Assembly (NCBI GenBank): GCA_030167865.1 | Contig: JALAGF010006261.1 | Coordinates: 1 to 64,000 of the forward strand | Source of the DNA: Craspedostauros australis | Taxonomy: Eukaryota | Length of the DNA: 64,000 nt | Direction: 5' to 3' | Shown: positions 36,301 to 47,488 of the stretch, one piece after another | Position numbering within the stretch: position 1 is the first letter of the stretch | Layout of the letters: every line of letters begins with the position of its first letter | Program-made: the position numbers and the translations under genes | Notes under the pieces: generated by a model | Databases searched by the model: none | What the model saw: only the letters and a program-made list of their open reading frames with translations | What the model was told of the DNA's origin: nothing

Positions 36301-38284
36301 ACAGGATGGTGGTTTCGGGGAAAGTGTCAGCCAACGGGCCACCGCCGGTGAGACCGTCCACGTCGAATGTCTTCGCCTTGAGCTTAGCGAATTCTTTGGC
36401 TGCGGGATTGTGTTGCAGGAAGCTCTTGATCTTCATCTTCTCTGGCTCCATTCTGTGCATGGACTTGAGAGTGTTGTCCGTTGTGTCGCGACGGATTCGA
36501 CTCGTGTGCTTAGACCCGAATGATAGGAATCCTCTCGGTGAAGCGGGCCTCTCCCGTGCACCCTGGCTGTCGGAAGCTTCAATGTCGCCGCCTTGCCCTT
36601 GAGACATCTGTTCGTCGTACAACCGTTTGCGGACCGCTGCAGGGAACATTGACTTGACGATGGCGTTGGCCTGCTCTGCCTTGGAAAGCACGATGCGCTG
36701 CCTGGCTTCGACATTGCGATCGTAACATAGCATAATCAGGATGGTTGCCAGGAAGATGCAAATCACAAGAACGAGGAAGTAGACTGGCCGGTCGGAGAGG
36801 TACTCATCGCGGGTCTCATCGGTGGGGTACAGATGCAGAGTGTAGGACTCGCACATCTGTCCAAGAGACTTGCCTTTGTATCTATGCACAGAGGATTGCA
36901 ACTCGGGGAAATCGAAGATGTTGGACGACTCCACATGGAAGTCGTTGTTCTCATGAAGGTCCCGCGGTCCGACGTAATCGACGGTCTGGCCCGGCGTGAT
37001 TTGGAAGGTATGGTACGCATCGGGATCGCAAGAGTTGGCGAGAACAACGTCCATCGCAGGTGTGTCAGGTGGGAGAATGTTTGCAAAGTACGACTCCCAG
37101 TAGATGCCAACCGTGATGATGCCAACCACATCCTGACTGGGCCCAAGGCTGTCGAAGACTGGAAAAAACCACAGGGAGAGTGGCGAGTTCTTCTGCGTGT
37201 TGGTGGTTTGAGCCGAATCAATCAGGGCCTGGAGCACGTAGTCATCGTCGCTGGCGACCGTGACATCGCCCACCAGGGCTTCCTTGGAGTCCAGGACCCT
37301 TTCGAGCTCGGTGGTGAAATCGCCCTGTGCCAACAAATCCACATTGATGAGATCATGGATCACGGGCGAAGTGTGCCAGGTTGGTGAGTACGTGACGACC
37401 TCCTGCTGCTCCCCGAGCGATGTTGTTTTGGTGCGTCGAAATGCGCTGGCATGTGGCAGCGGCACGACGGAACCAGTATCTTTGTCGAATACGGAGATAG
37501 AGGAGTGGATGTCGCGGGCAGGTTGCACCGGCGCTTGCTCGTGAGAGAGGCTAAGCGGGATCCAGTCATCCTGGTGCTCAAGGGAGTACTGCTGCCACTG
37601 GGCACGGCTTGCTGTAGTTTCTAGGTCGCCGGGTTGCTCCTCGACGACGGGCGTGTAGAGTACGGCGACGGCATCGAGCATGGATTGAACGTCGCCAGCC
37701 AGGATACCGTAGGATTCCATTGTGACGTTGGGCCAGTTTGCCGCTGCTGCAGCTGTTTCAGCGTTCGCGGATGCGTGCAGACCGTGCGATGTCATGGCGA
37801 TGGAGAGGGCATCCAGAGTTCCAAGCTTGCGTTCCACCATGGCTTGGAAGGAATCCAGGACCTTGTTGGCCTCGTCCTTGAACTGTGTCTCCATTGTATC
37901 CCACTCGTTTTGTCGAAGGATGCGGAAGATGCCGTACGAGACGAGGATGCACGAAGTGACGAGGAAAAGCAGGATTGCGTATCGAAATCGTTGCACTTGA
38001 CGCGTCTCTCTCCACCCCAAAGTCGAGTCCTCTAGCGAGTGCGTTTCTTCTTCCATGGACCCTCTGCTGTTGATGTCATCATCGTCATCGTCATCGTCTG
38101 CGTTGTTACCGTTACCATTCTTACCATCATCAACACGCTCGCCGCCTCCGCCAACAATCCTGCGCAGGCTTTCATTGTTCACGAGCAGGTGTTGCTGGGA
38201 AGGAGGGTGGTGATGATGGCGATGATTGCTGGCCGGGCGTGCATCCTGGCGTTGCACCGAGTTGTTGCGGTCAGCTACATCCAT
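33307..38284 (-). CDS. Receptor-type class III nucleotide (probably guanylate) cyclase fused to a class I cyclic-nucleotide phosphodiesterase, with an extracellular CHASE-like sensor between 2 TMs; about 1294 aa, 5 exons (38284-36248, 35989-35915, 35714-35675, 35331-34976, 34683-33307)
   Basis: Reassembled cyclase: TILFADIVGFTAWSS..PQQ|VFTLLQTLYHNFD..FKVE|TIGDCYVAATGLP|..MRVGLHSGPVAAGVL..RFQLFGDTVNTAARMES..KGKGEIQ|TYWI. PDE: FHNFEHASHV, HDVDHPGVSN, ATDI, ASDVSH. All four introns are GT-AG and keep the frame (total 3885 nt). Confidence 0.93.
35525..35580. repeat. (ATCCA)n / (ATCAA)n pentanucleotide microsatellite inside cyclase intron 3
   Basis: atccaatccaatccaatccaatccaatctagtccagcccaatcaaatcaaatcaag. 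Confidence 0.85.
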
Positions 38285-38461
38285 GATGGAGATGGCTGGC
38301 GCCTCGCTGGATCCAACGCTTTGCAATGGAATGGCTCTTGGCTTGGTTTGATTTGCCCCAGCTTGGGCAGGACGCGGAGAGAGTGCGTAAGCTTGGTCCT
38401 GGTTTGTTGCAAGTCAGCGAAGCTTCCTGATCTCTTGAGGCGAAGATGGTAGGCTGCAAGT

Positions 38462-38485
38462 CTTGTTGTTGTTGTTGTTGTTGTT
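38462..38485. repeat. (TTG)n microsatellite upstream of the cyclase-PDE gene
   Basis: cttgttgttgttgttgttgttgtt. Confidence 0.85.
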
Positions 38486-40267
38486 AAAAGAAGGGAGGAG
38501 TTTTGCGAACCCAGAACTTGTGAGATTGACGAGACGAGAGGACGCAACTGGCTATGATCTGCCTTGAAGAGAAAGCCAGATACACACAATGGGCAGGGCA
38601 GCAACTGAGCGTCCTCTCGGAAGACTTTGCACAGAGTCGATCGGGGACGCAGCGATCACCATCGAAGCAACAGCCAGAATCTGCAGCGGAACTTGGACGG
38701 TTCCGAAAATCATCGAATGCGCGAAGTGTTTCTCCCCTCTCCGGAGAGTGGGATTGGCCCCTGCATCGTGGCGCAGCCGTCGACCATCTTGCCTACCTTG
38801 AGAATGACGATAGAAAGTATTGGCCTCCGAAAGGCACGGTCAGCAAGTTATGGCGTCAGCGTGTTGTGGGACGAGCAGTCAGAACTTTCGAATCAGCGGT
38901 GCTTTTGACGCTGCTCTGGACCGAGTCGCTCGCTTCTTGGGTGCGATGGTGGCTGCCTGTTGTTTGTCTCATCTGCTGGTTGATCTCTCTCTCTCTCTAC
39001 GAGCGGCTCGTACATGAAGGGAAGCGCGGAAGAAGGAGGAGCAGTAGTTTGGCGCATTGAGATGCTTCCGTTGACCAAATAGCCATCGCCGACCCAGTGC
39101 GAGGAAGGCCTCCCCGAAACACGAGCAACTTGACAGAGGGGTCTGCCGGTCCCTTTTCCTCTTGGCCTCCAAGGCATCAAGGTGTTGCGGGGGTGCAGAA
39201 CATGTTTGGCGCTTCCAGACGCACACAGTGCCTGGATTTCGTCGACTGACAAAAAGTGGTGTTGCCCGCACTGCGAAAAACCGAACCATGACAGAAATCA
39301 GTGACAAGATGTCTTGTTTGTTTCATCTTCGAAGTATCATCGCAAACTGTTGTCAGTCATGGATAACGAAAAAACCCTTGTTCCACAGAACGGACACAGA
39401 AACGCAGCTGTTGTGTGTGTGTGTTGCTGGTGGGAGTAACTTGGTGGTTTCGTCGCGGGGCGGGTGACCCCACCCTCTCTTCTCACATCTTGGACATGGA
39501 AGCGGGCGCGGACAGAGCACAAGGACGGATCCAACCGGGTTGGTGAGAGATGAAGGGGGAATAGTAGAAAGAGAGAGAGAGAGAGAGCGATCCAAACAGA
39601 GAGTTGACGAGTGATCTCACGGAGATGGAGGACGCACCAAGGAGGCGGAGAGGCAGAAGGATGATGATGAAGGCCAGGCCCTTCCTTCGGTCCAGGTCCG
39701 CGTATGGTACCTTCCTGGGAACAATTGGCGACCTGGAGCGTCGATTGCTTTCACTCCATGACGGCATCAGTAGTAACACCAATAGCAACAACAATGCGGC
39801 GACGACGACAGCACGAATGAAGGCCAACTCCACAAAGGCTACGTGCTCAGTGGCGCACCCAGAGGAGACACAGCAGTACACTGGCGAGAAGCGAAGCGGA
39901 TGTTTCATACCTATGGATGTGAAGGCGCGGACGTGCACGAGGCTCTCAAACGCCATCTGATCCCAGCCTTTTACGCTTGGCCCAACACAGAGAACAACCT
40001 CGTATTCCTGCAGAGAGGGAGAAATCTCGCTGTGGAAAATGGAGACGTGGCCTCATTTCTTTGAGCAATCAGACGGATGACGACAGTTTGCGTGCTGCAG
40101 ATTAATGGACATCCTGCTCTGCTACTGTCGTCCTGATGACAGGACAATCAAAGCGTGGCGCGATGACGTCCGAGTGTGTCATCCTAGATTAGTATGGCGC
40201 TACGAGCAAGAGTAAACGTGTCTCGGCTCACAATCACCTCATTTATGCTTTTGGTCTTTATGCGAGT

Positions 40268-42174
40268 TCACTTCGTATCTTCGTCCTTCTTGTCATCCGC
40301 ACCGCCAGAAGTTTCACCCTCTGCTTCTGTCTTCTCCTCTCCGTCATCCTCTTTGACCTCCTCCAGCTCCCAGGTCGTATCCATCTCCTGGAGGATGCGC
40401 TGTGTCAAATCACTACCCAATGCAGAGGCAGGTGTCAGCACGCCTCCCGGCAAACTGCTGGACTTGGTGAGCATGGTCATTCCCGTCTCCACCAGCAACG
40501 CGGCGGTGTACAGGTAGGCGGTGTCCTTGTTGAAATGGAACTTGGTTTTGATCTTCGTGGTCTTGTCGCCATCCTTGGCTTTCATGACGCCCAGCCCGTA
40601 CAGGGTCAGGTATCCACTCTCCATATCCTCACGCGATGGACCCTCGCCAGGTTTGGGGACGAATCGTTGGAAGATGCTGGGCATGTAGATGGCACCGGCC
40701 ATGATGCCGTCTGCGACCTTGGCCTTCATCCAGCTCTCCCAAGTTGAGGCGGAGATCACGGCATCTCCGTACTTCAGCGTCTTCGAGTAGTTGAGCAGGG
40801 CGCTGCGATTGAAACGTTGTTGGCATGGTGCGAATGCAAGTCCATTTCAGTATTTGTATTATGTCCGTCGAAGAGAAGATGACAACAATGGCAAAGGATA
40901 CTCGTTAGTCTCCAATAATCAAGCAAGACAGGAAGACAGCAACATAACAACGCATCACTGCGACATCACCGCCCGCACATACAAATTGTACTCACTTGGA
41001 ACGACGGACGCAGTTGAGCATGACGGGGCCCATGATCCATGGCTCCGCCTTGCATTCCAATTCTTCCACATCCACCGATTTCTTGGGGCAAATGTTGGTC
41101 GTCTTGAAGGTCGATTTTTCTCCCAATGGCTGGCTCAGCAAGAGCGTTCATCGAAGCATGGATGCATTATGTATAATATGTTTTGGAAGAGATATCATAG
41201 AATATAATAGTAACGTGGAGCAGAGCAGACACACACGAACATGATAGGACGCGCAGATAGGATGGAGTGAGAGAATGGGGAATCTCAACGCAAACAAGCA
41301 AATGAACGACGGCAGACTTGCATCTCAGAAAACGAAGGGCACACGTGACCGCATGTTGAATGAGAAAGACACTGCATTCGCCATTGTGCAATTGTGGATG
41401 ACGACGATCATGGCAAAGCAATTCGATGGTTCATGCTCGACCTCCGACCGACGCCCAGCCTCCACCAATGAGGGACCATACTGCACATGCACACACGATA
41501 CAATAGAGCACACATTCTTCCATTCGACTCACCGTTGTCAAGAGCGGATCGAACGCTGGTCTCTCGGCATTCGCTCGGTCCTTGCTCAGTTGGAAGGTGG
41601 CGGTTGCAATCGTGCCGCCGGAAAAGGACGCGCTCTCCGCAAATTCACCAAACGTCCGCGCCTCGATGAGTTCAGCGCCCTGCTGCGCGGCGTAGCTGTT
41701 CATCTCGAACACCGTGAGATCCTGAGGGATGCAGTCGTTGCCGCAATGCGACAAGATGGTTGCGTGGGACTCGCGTGCCGTCTTGTCGTGGAGCTGGATC
41801 ATCTTGCGCACGAAGTCCGTCTCTCCGGTGATGTCGCCGTAGTGCACGCCATTCTCAGCGCACAGCTTGACGAGCGTTTGGCCGTACTTCTCAAATGGAC
41901 CAGAGCAGGTGAGGACGACCTTCGTTTGGCACACGATCTCCTTCAATGTCGCTTCCTGTTCTGGGGTGGAGCAGAGCAGGTCGGCCTGCAGGATGGGAAC
42001 GGGTTCGGCCTTGTGTTCCGCGGCGATCTTCCCCAGGACGGCTTCCGCCTTTGTCGTGTTCCTTGCGCTCACTGCCCACGCGATGCCGTATGACTTTTGG
42101 TAAAGATACTCGGCAGCAAGCTTGCCGGTGAAGCCGGTCACTCCGAACAGCACGATGTCGTATTTCTTGTCCAT
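40268..42174 (-). CDS. SCCPDH: Saccharopine dehydrogenase-like oxidoreductase (SCCPDH / trans-acting enoyl reductase-like); 436 aa, exons 42174-41533, 41129-40996, 40802-40268
   Basis: MDKKYDIVLFGVTGFTGKL (Rossmann), VVLTCSGPFEKYG, HYGDITGE, HCGNDCIPQDL, SGGTIAT, PWIMGPVMLNCVRRSNALL, PKPGEGPSRE, GGVLTPASALG. Two GTGAG...CAG introns restore the frame. Confidence 0.9.
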
Positions 42175-42976
42175 GATTGATCTCTCTTTGATGTTTGTAC
42201 TGCGTGTTATGGTGATGATCGATGGTGTTGTTGTGTTTGTGTTGTGTTTGCGTTGTGTTTGCGTTCTGTTGTGTGTTATGATGCTTACCATGAGCAACAT
42301 GCGCAACCGTGGCGATGGTTGTTCTGTTGCTGTTACTGCTGTTGCTGCTGGTGTCGATGTTGGTGGCGTGGTGCTGTTGGTCTGGGCAAGGTGGAGGCAA
42401 GGCTCCAGGATTCGGTTCTCATCCATCTCTCTCTCTTTCTGTCGTGCCAAATGGTGATGCCTCTCTATCTTCGTGCTTCCGTGTCTTGGCTTGTTCCATC
42501 ACTTTCCATCATGGCCGCGGCTGGTGACGAAAGAAATGAAATCTCAACGCGAAGCACGGTGATCTGACCAATGAAAGTGTTCGCAAATCGGTCCTGGAAG
42601 CGAACTGGATCGCTGATGATGATGATGGCAACGATGTCGAAGTTGGCGGATACGAACACCTTTTGTGGGACTGGGATCATCGTCATCAATTTGGGTTCGT
42701 ATTGATTGATCATGCGAGTCGATAGGACGACTATTCGTGTGAATCCAAGACTCATGTTGTCTTCGCAGTCGTGCAGCCATCCACGATCGTCGATTTCGTC
42801 TGCGGAAATGACCCCTCACAACGCTGACCATGGCGACCTCACTCCTCCACCGATGACAGGTCACACCACAACCATGGGGAGAGCCCGATCAGGTCGCGCG
42901 GCGTGGCATCAAGAGGAAGATCAACATCTTGAGCTGCCGCGCACATCCGAGATCTGCCTCCAAGCGCACAACAGTC

Positions 42977-44251
42977 ATGGCAGTCATCCGGTTGCAGACA
43001 AAGCAGAGAGACAGAGTGAAGTTGGCGGATCGACGTTGGCTGGTCATCCTTCTCTGCGCCATTTCAGTATCTTGCCTGGCGTTCCGTCAGGCTTGGGCAT
43101 CATTTGGTTCGTTGGGTGACAGCGAATCGCTCAGTATCTCTCATCGGTTGCAACAGGCGGGGCTACAGGCAGGGTTGCAGCCGCAATCTGAGACAAAGCC
43201 GAAGCAATTGCCATTGCGAGATGCATCATCGGTCAGGGATGGATGGCAGTCGGCCAGCAAACAGAGACGACAGAATATTGACGTCAACGTCAATGACAAA
43301 GCCCTATTTGATACCGATATCGATATCGATATCAGGAATCCATTCGGCTTGAAACATCATCAGCACGACGATCGCAAGCATCACAATGTCACGATTCGTA
43401 TATTGCAGCAACGATCGCTGCCAACAATGAAGGACGGTGGCTTCATCTTCTTTCTCCATGTTCCCAAGACAGGTGGCACGACCTTCCGGGTGGCACTGGA
43501 GAGAATGCAGAATACATTGGAGTATGGCTTCATTCCAGGTCGCGGAATCTGGGATACATCCCTCCCTGCCATCGAAAAGTACGTCAATTCACCGCCATCA
43601 CCGCGAAAAAACCGCCGCCGGCATCGCAAACTCATGGTCATCGAAGTGCACGGACGTGATGCACCCCACCTTTTGGAACTGCTGCCGCACATTCGTCGGT
43701 GGCGGGAATCTGCGGCACGCAATAAAATCCCGACCTTCTTCTTCACGATCCTGCGAGAACCAGTGTCGTATGCTTTCTCGTACTTCAACTTCTTCTACGT
43801 CCAGCGCAAGAACACGAATTTTCCGAATGTCGCGGCGACGCAGGCAAACTTCCTCAAGTTCTTGCTGTGGAATCCGCAGTGCCAGTTCTTGGCGCGGGGT
43901 GAATATTCATTGCGAAAGAAAGAGAAACAGCAGCCAACCGTTCAGGAATGCGACGACGTGTATGCGGGGTTGTTGGAGATGATGGATTGGATCGGAACGA
44001 CCGATCGCATGTCAACGGAGACACTGCCGTTGCTCGCCAAGATCTTGCGAGTTCCGACCGCCGCCTTCGAACCACAGATGGTGACCACGAAGGATCGAAC
44101 CACGTCCATCGGCAAGGATCAGATGAGTGCCGAGACGATGGATCTGATTCGTGAGCAATCCGCCATGGACACGAAGCTGTACGAATCGATACGCAGCGTT
44201 TACAATTTTGGAATGTGGAGGGATGCTGTGGATGGAACAGCACCGCCATGA
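42977..44251 (+). CDS. Type II membrane (Golgi-type) PAPS-dependent sulfotransferase
   Basis: N-terminal anchor WLVILLCAISVSCLAF. 5'-PSB motif FFLHVPKTGGTTFR and 3'-PB motif FTILREPVSYAFSYF. C-terminal DTKLY. Confidence 0.88.
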   Translation: MAVIRLQTKQRDRVKLADRRWLVILLCAISVSCLAFRQAWASFGSLGDSESLSISHRLQQAGLQAGLQPQSETKPKQLPLRDASSVRDGWQSASKQRRQNIDVNVNDKALFDTDIDIDIRNPFGLKHHQHDDRKHHNVTIRILQQRSLPTMKDGGFIFFLHVPKTGGTTFRVALERMQNTLEYGFIPGRGIWDTSLPAIEKYVNSPPSPRKNRRRHRKLMVIEVHGRDAPHLLELLPHIRRWRESAARNKIPTFFFTILREPVSYAFSYFNFFYVQRKNTNFPNVAATQANFLKFLLWNPQCQFLARGEYSLRKKEKQQPTVQECDDVYAGLLEMMDWIGTTDRMSTETLPLLAKILRVPTAAFEPQMVTTKDRTTSIGKDQMSAETMDLIREQSAMDTKLYESIRSVYNFGMWRDAVDGTAPP

Positions 44252-44473
44252 AGTCAGATCAAGATCATCTCCGGTGATGCTCTGCACAGACGATGAAGGT
44301 GGATTTTTTGATTGGGGGTTCTATATGCTCTACGAGAATTGGTACTCGTTCGCTCTCTACTCTCGAATCTTTCTTCAAACGGTCAAAGGCAAGAGCGATG
44401 ATTCCGCCCAGCAACGTGCATGGCGGGGTGCCTTTTCCACTCTTCTGTCCTACCAATCTCGTATAGTACCCAA

Positions 44474-45638
44474 CTACAACTTCTTACCAATGATACGCAG
44501 ACGTCTGTAATCTGTCACCCATCGCTCTCCATCGTACATGCTCGGCTTGAGCTTCTCATCGACGAAATCCAGCATGCGCTCGATCTCCTCAGGCGACTGG
44601 TCATGCCAAAATGCCTCGCCGAACATGCGGATCCAATTGCGCATGCCATCCGCGCCCGAATTCAAAGGCGTGGGGCGGTCGAAGAGGACGGCGTTCGTGA
44701 CCTCGATGCCATGCTTCTCGAGCAAGCTGGTGTACTGCGCGATGCTGGGGAAGTACCAAGGCGATGCGGAGGCGGGCTTCTTCAAGTACTCCAGCATGGC
44801 TGTGACGATGCCATCGACGTTGCCCTTGCCACCCATCTCGATAACGAATCGTCCGCCAGGTTTCAAGGCTTTGGACATGGCTTTGACGGCACCTTCAGGG
44901 TCGCTGACCCAGTGCAAGGCGGCGTTTGAGAAGATGGCATCGACAGGACCACGCTCGGGACCTAGATCGAACTCCTGCGCGAAGGCTTGGAAGTAGTGCA
45001 GGTTCGGAAACTGCTTTTGCGCCTTTTCGACCATGTTAGGATCGGCATCGAATCCCATGGCGGTGGCACCACGATCTGCGATGGCCTTGACCAATTCGCC
45101 TGTGCCGCAGCCGACATCGAGGATGGTCTCACCTGGTTGAGGATCGAGGACGTCGATCAACGATGATCCAAACTCCCAAACGAAGTTGTACTGGTCAACG
45201 TACTCCTCGGCGTTCCACTGCGATGTGTTTGGATGTTGACAATCACATAATAACCAACAAAAGAGGAGTGTAGGGTAGAGCAGGATAGATGATTGGATAC
45301 ATGCTATTTGTGAGACAGTGATGGGCATGTGGTGTGCAAGATACAACATGTGCGATGATAGTTGCGTTGATGTTAATGTTCTTGTCCAGTTGTAGCCAAG
45401 TAGAAGAACAGATCAACGAGCAAGCAGCACGCTGCCTCACCTCTTGGGTCGCCGTGGCTTGATCACCTCCTCCTTCGTTGGTTGCCATGGCAGATGCCTC
45501 ACACTGCGTTGTTCCTTGAGGACACGACGACGATACTGATGCTGATGGTGGGATCGGTTTCGCAAAGCCAAGTGCCACGGAAGTGCTTGCAGCAAGAAAG
45601 AGAAGGGCCGGAACGTTGCAGAATCTATGGGCGGTCAT
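44474..45638 (-). CDS. Class I SAM-dependent methyltransferase (Tam/trans-aconitate methyltransferase-like) with signal/plastid-type presequence; 313 aa, exons 45638-45441 and 45217-44474
   Basis: ETILDVGCGTGEL, GFDADPNMV, DAIFSNAALHWV, LKPGGRFVIEMGGKGN, WYFPS, DYRRLRI. Exon 1 MTAHRFCNVPALLFLAASTSVALG-FAKP. GTGAGG donor 45440 and TCGCAG acceptor 45218 give ..TQE|WNAEEY.. Confidence 0.88.
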
Positions 45639-46561
45639 TGCTGTTGGATACAGAAGACGATAGCGGTGTTGCGCTCTGGTTGTATTGTCGTGTTGTATTG
45701 TGTGGTCTTGTATTGTACGGATATGCTGCAAGACACTTGTTCTTCTTGGACGAGGGAGTGGATGATGTGAATGCTGATGTGAGTTGTTGTGAACTTGAAA
45801 GTATGTGAGGAAGGAGAGCAGATCCTGTCCCATGAATGTGCCCTCGCTGATCTTGGAGCGATCACTGGCAACGGCGATGACAGCAACAGGAACAGCGATG
45901 GTGAGGCCGACCAAGAAGCACAGAAGGACCCATCCAAACCCATCAACCAAAGACGCGTTTGCGCAGGATGTGAGAACTTTGGTGGTATCTTTTCTGTCGT
46001 CGTTTTCGTCGATGGCGCAGGATTGGAAATGTCTTTGGAGCACGATTGGAACAACTGAAGTGTTCTCGGAACACGTACTTAGTTAGGCCTAGGTCATTTG
46101 ACAATCGACTGGTAGGATCAAAACGTGTCTGAATGACGCACGCGAACGTCTCCTGTAGACCACAAAAAAGATGTGTGCGCGACGTTGTCGTCTGTCCAAC
46201 GTTGTGGTCATGGTGATCGTGGCTGAATGGGAACCCCTTTGGCTGAACGGAGCAACGCACGAAGGTGGAAAAACAACGAGGGCAACGATGGCAACAAGAG
46301 ACGATTTCGTGTGTGGGCGTTGAGATCCGCGGTAAAGGAACGCAAAGAGGCCAACCAGGAGTTGCGCGGCCATCAACAGCAGCACCAACAGCCGTACCAT
46401 CAACGACAACGCCAACAGCAGCGACGTCCCAGCGTTAAGGTTTTTCACCAACTGGCGCATCACCCAGACCACCATCTGCTCCATCCTCACAGTCAGTCCA
46501 ACGTCCTCATCACTAGTCGTAACTCCTTACAATACACTACAGTCCAACCCAATACAGCACC

Positions 46562-47488
46562 ATGATGAAGCAAACTCTTATCGTCGCCGCCCTTGTCGCA
46601 TCTGCCTCCGCTTTTGCCCCAAGCAGGTCCGTCCTTTTCAGTGTGCCTTCCATTGAACCTTCCAGTGAACCCTTCAGTATCCTTCTCCCTGTCCTGGCGA
46701 TGCCCCTTGACACGATGTCGCACAACGACGGGCATCACATCTCGCAGCCACGAAGTCCGAACGATCGTCGGTTGCCGATGTCCCCAGCTATCATTGATAT
46801 CCGTTCACAGCGGTCCATGGAATCCACCAATGCATCGATCGATCGACATGACACTGTTGATGACAACCACCATCATCATCAGCCCGATCCCACGGATGGA
46901 TGTCACCACATCAATCGATGAAGGCAGACGGGGATCATTGTGGCGGCAGCGATTGATCGGCATCCTGTTGGCATGACAGACATGCCACTCTGAAGGCACT
47001 GCAACGGCTCCATCAGAGATTGGGTGGACGAGTGGATGCCCGTGTTGTTCGAAGAGCACCATCGGCAGTTTGCATTGAAACATGCAGAGATCCATCATGC
47101 GCAAAGTTTCCCGTGAAACTCAACCAATGACTCTCATCATTCTCACCGCGACCTTTTCTCTCTCTTGCCTTGCGTTGCATTGCATTGTGCTGCTGTCATC
47201 CTTCCCATTGCATCACATCACCATACTCATGATGACCAACCAATGGAATCAATGACAATGACCCAATGTACAAACACCCACCCACACACCCATCAATACG
47301 AATGAACACAAAACAGACCTTTCGTCGCCAAGACGACTGCCCTGAATGCCGAATGGGAGAAGGGCTGGAAGGAGACCGACTTCGAGGCCGACATCGAGAA
47401 GCTCAAGAAGGAAGCCGAGGAGCGCCTCGAGGACAAGATCTCCGAGCTCACGGCCAACATCGAGAAGACCGGTGCCGCCGAGAACTAA
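46562..47488 (+). CDS. Small plastid-targeted protein of unknown function; 78 aa, exons 46562-46626 and 47317-47488
   Basis: Exon 1 MMKQTLIVAALVASASAFAPS has a perfect ASAFAP motif. AG|GT at 46626/46627 and ACAG acceptor at 47316 give ..RPFVAKTTALNAEWEKGWKETDFEADIEKLKKEAEERLEDKISELTANIEKTGAAEN*. Exon 2 uses almost only C/G-ending codons. Confidence 0.85.

Noticed and set aside
46850..47000. Possible box C/D snoRNA (TGATGA ... CTGA) in the microprotein intron
   Set aside because: The boxes are short words expected by chance. I saw no convincing terminal stem or rRNA-complementary guide.
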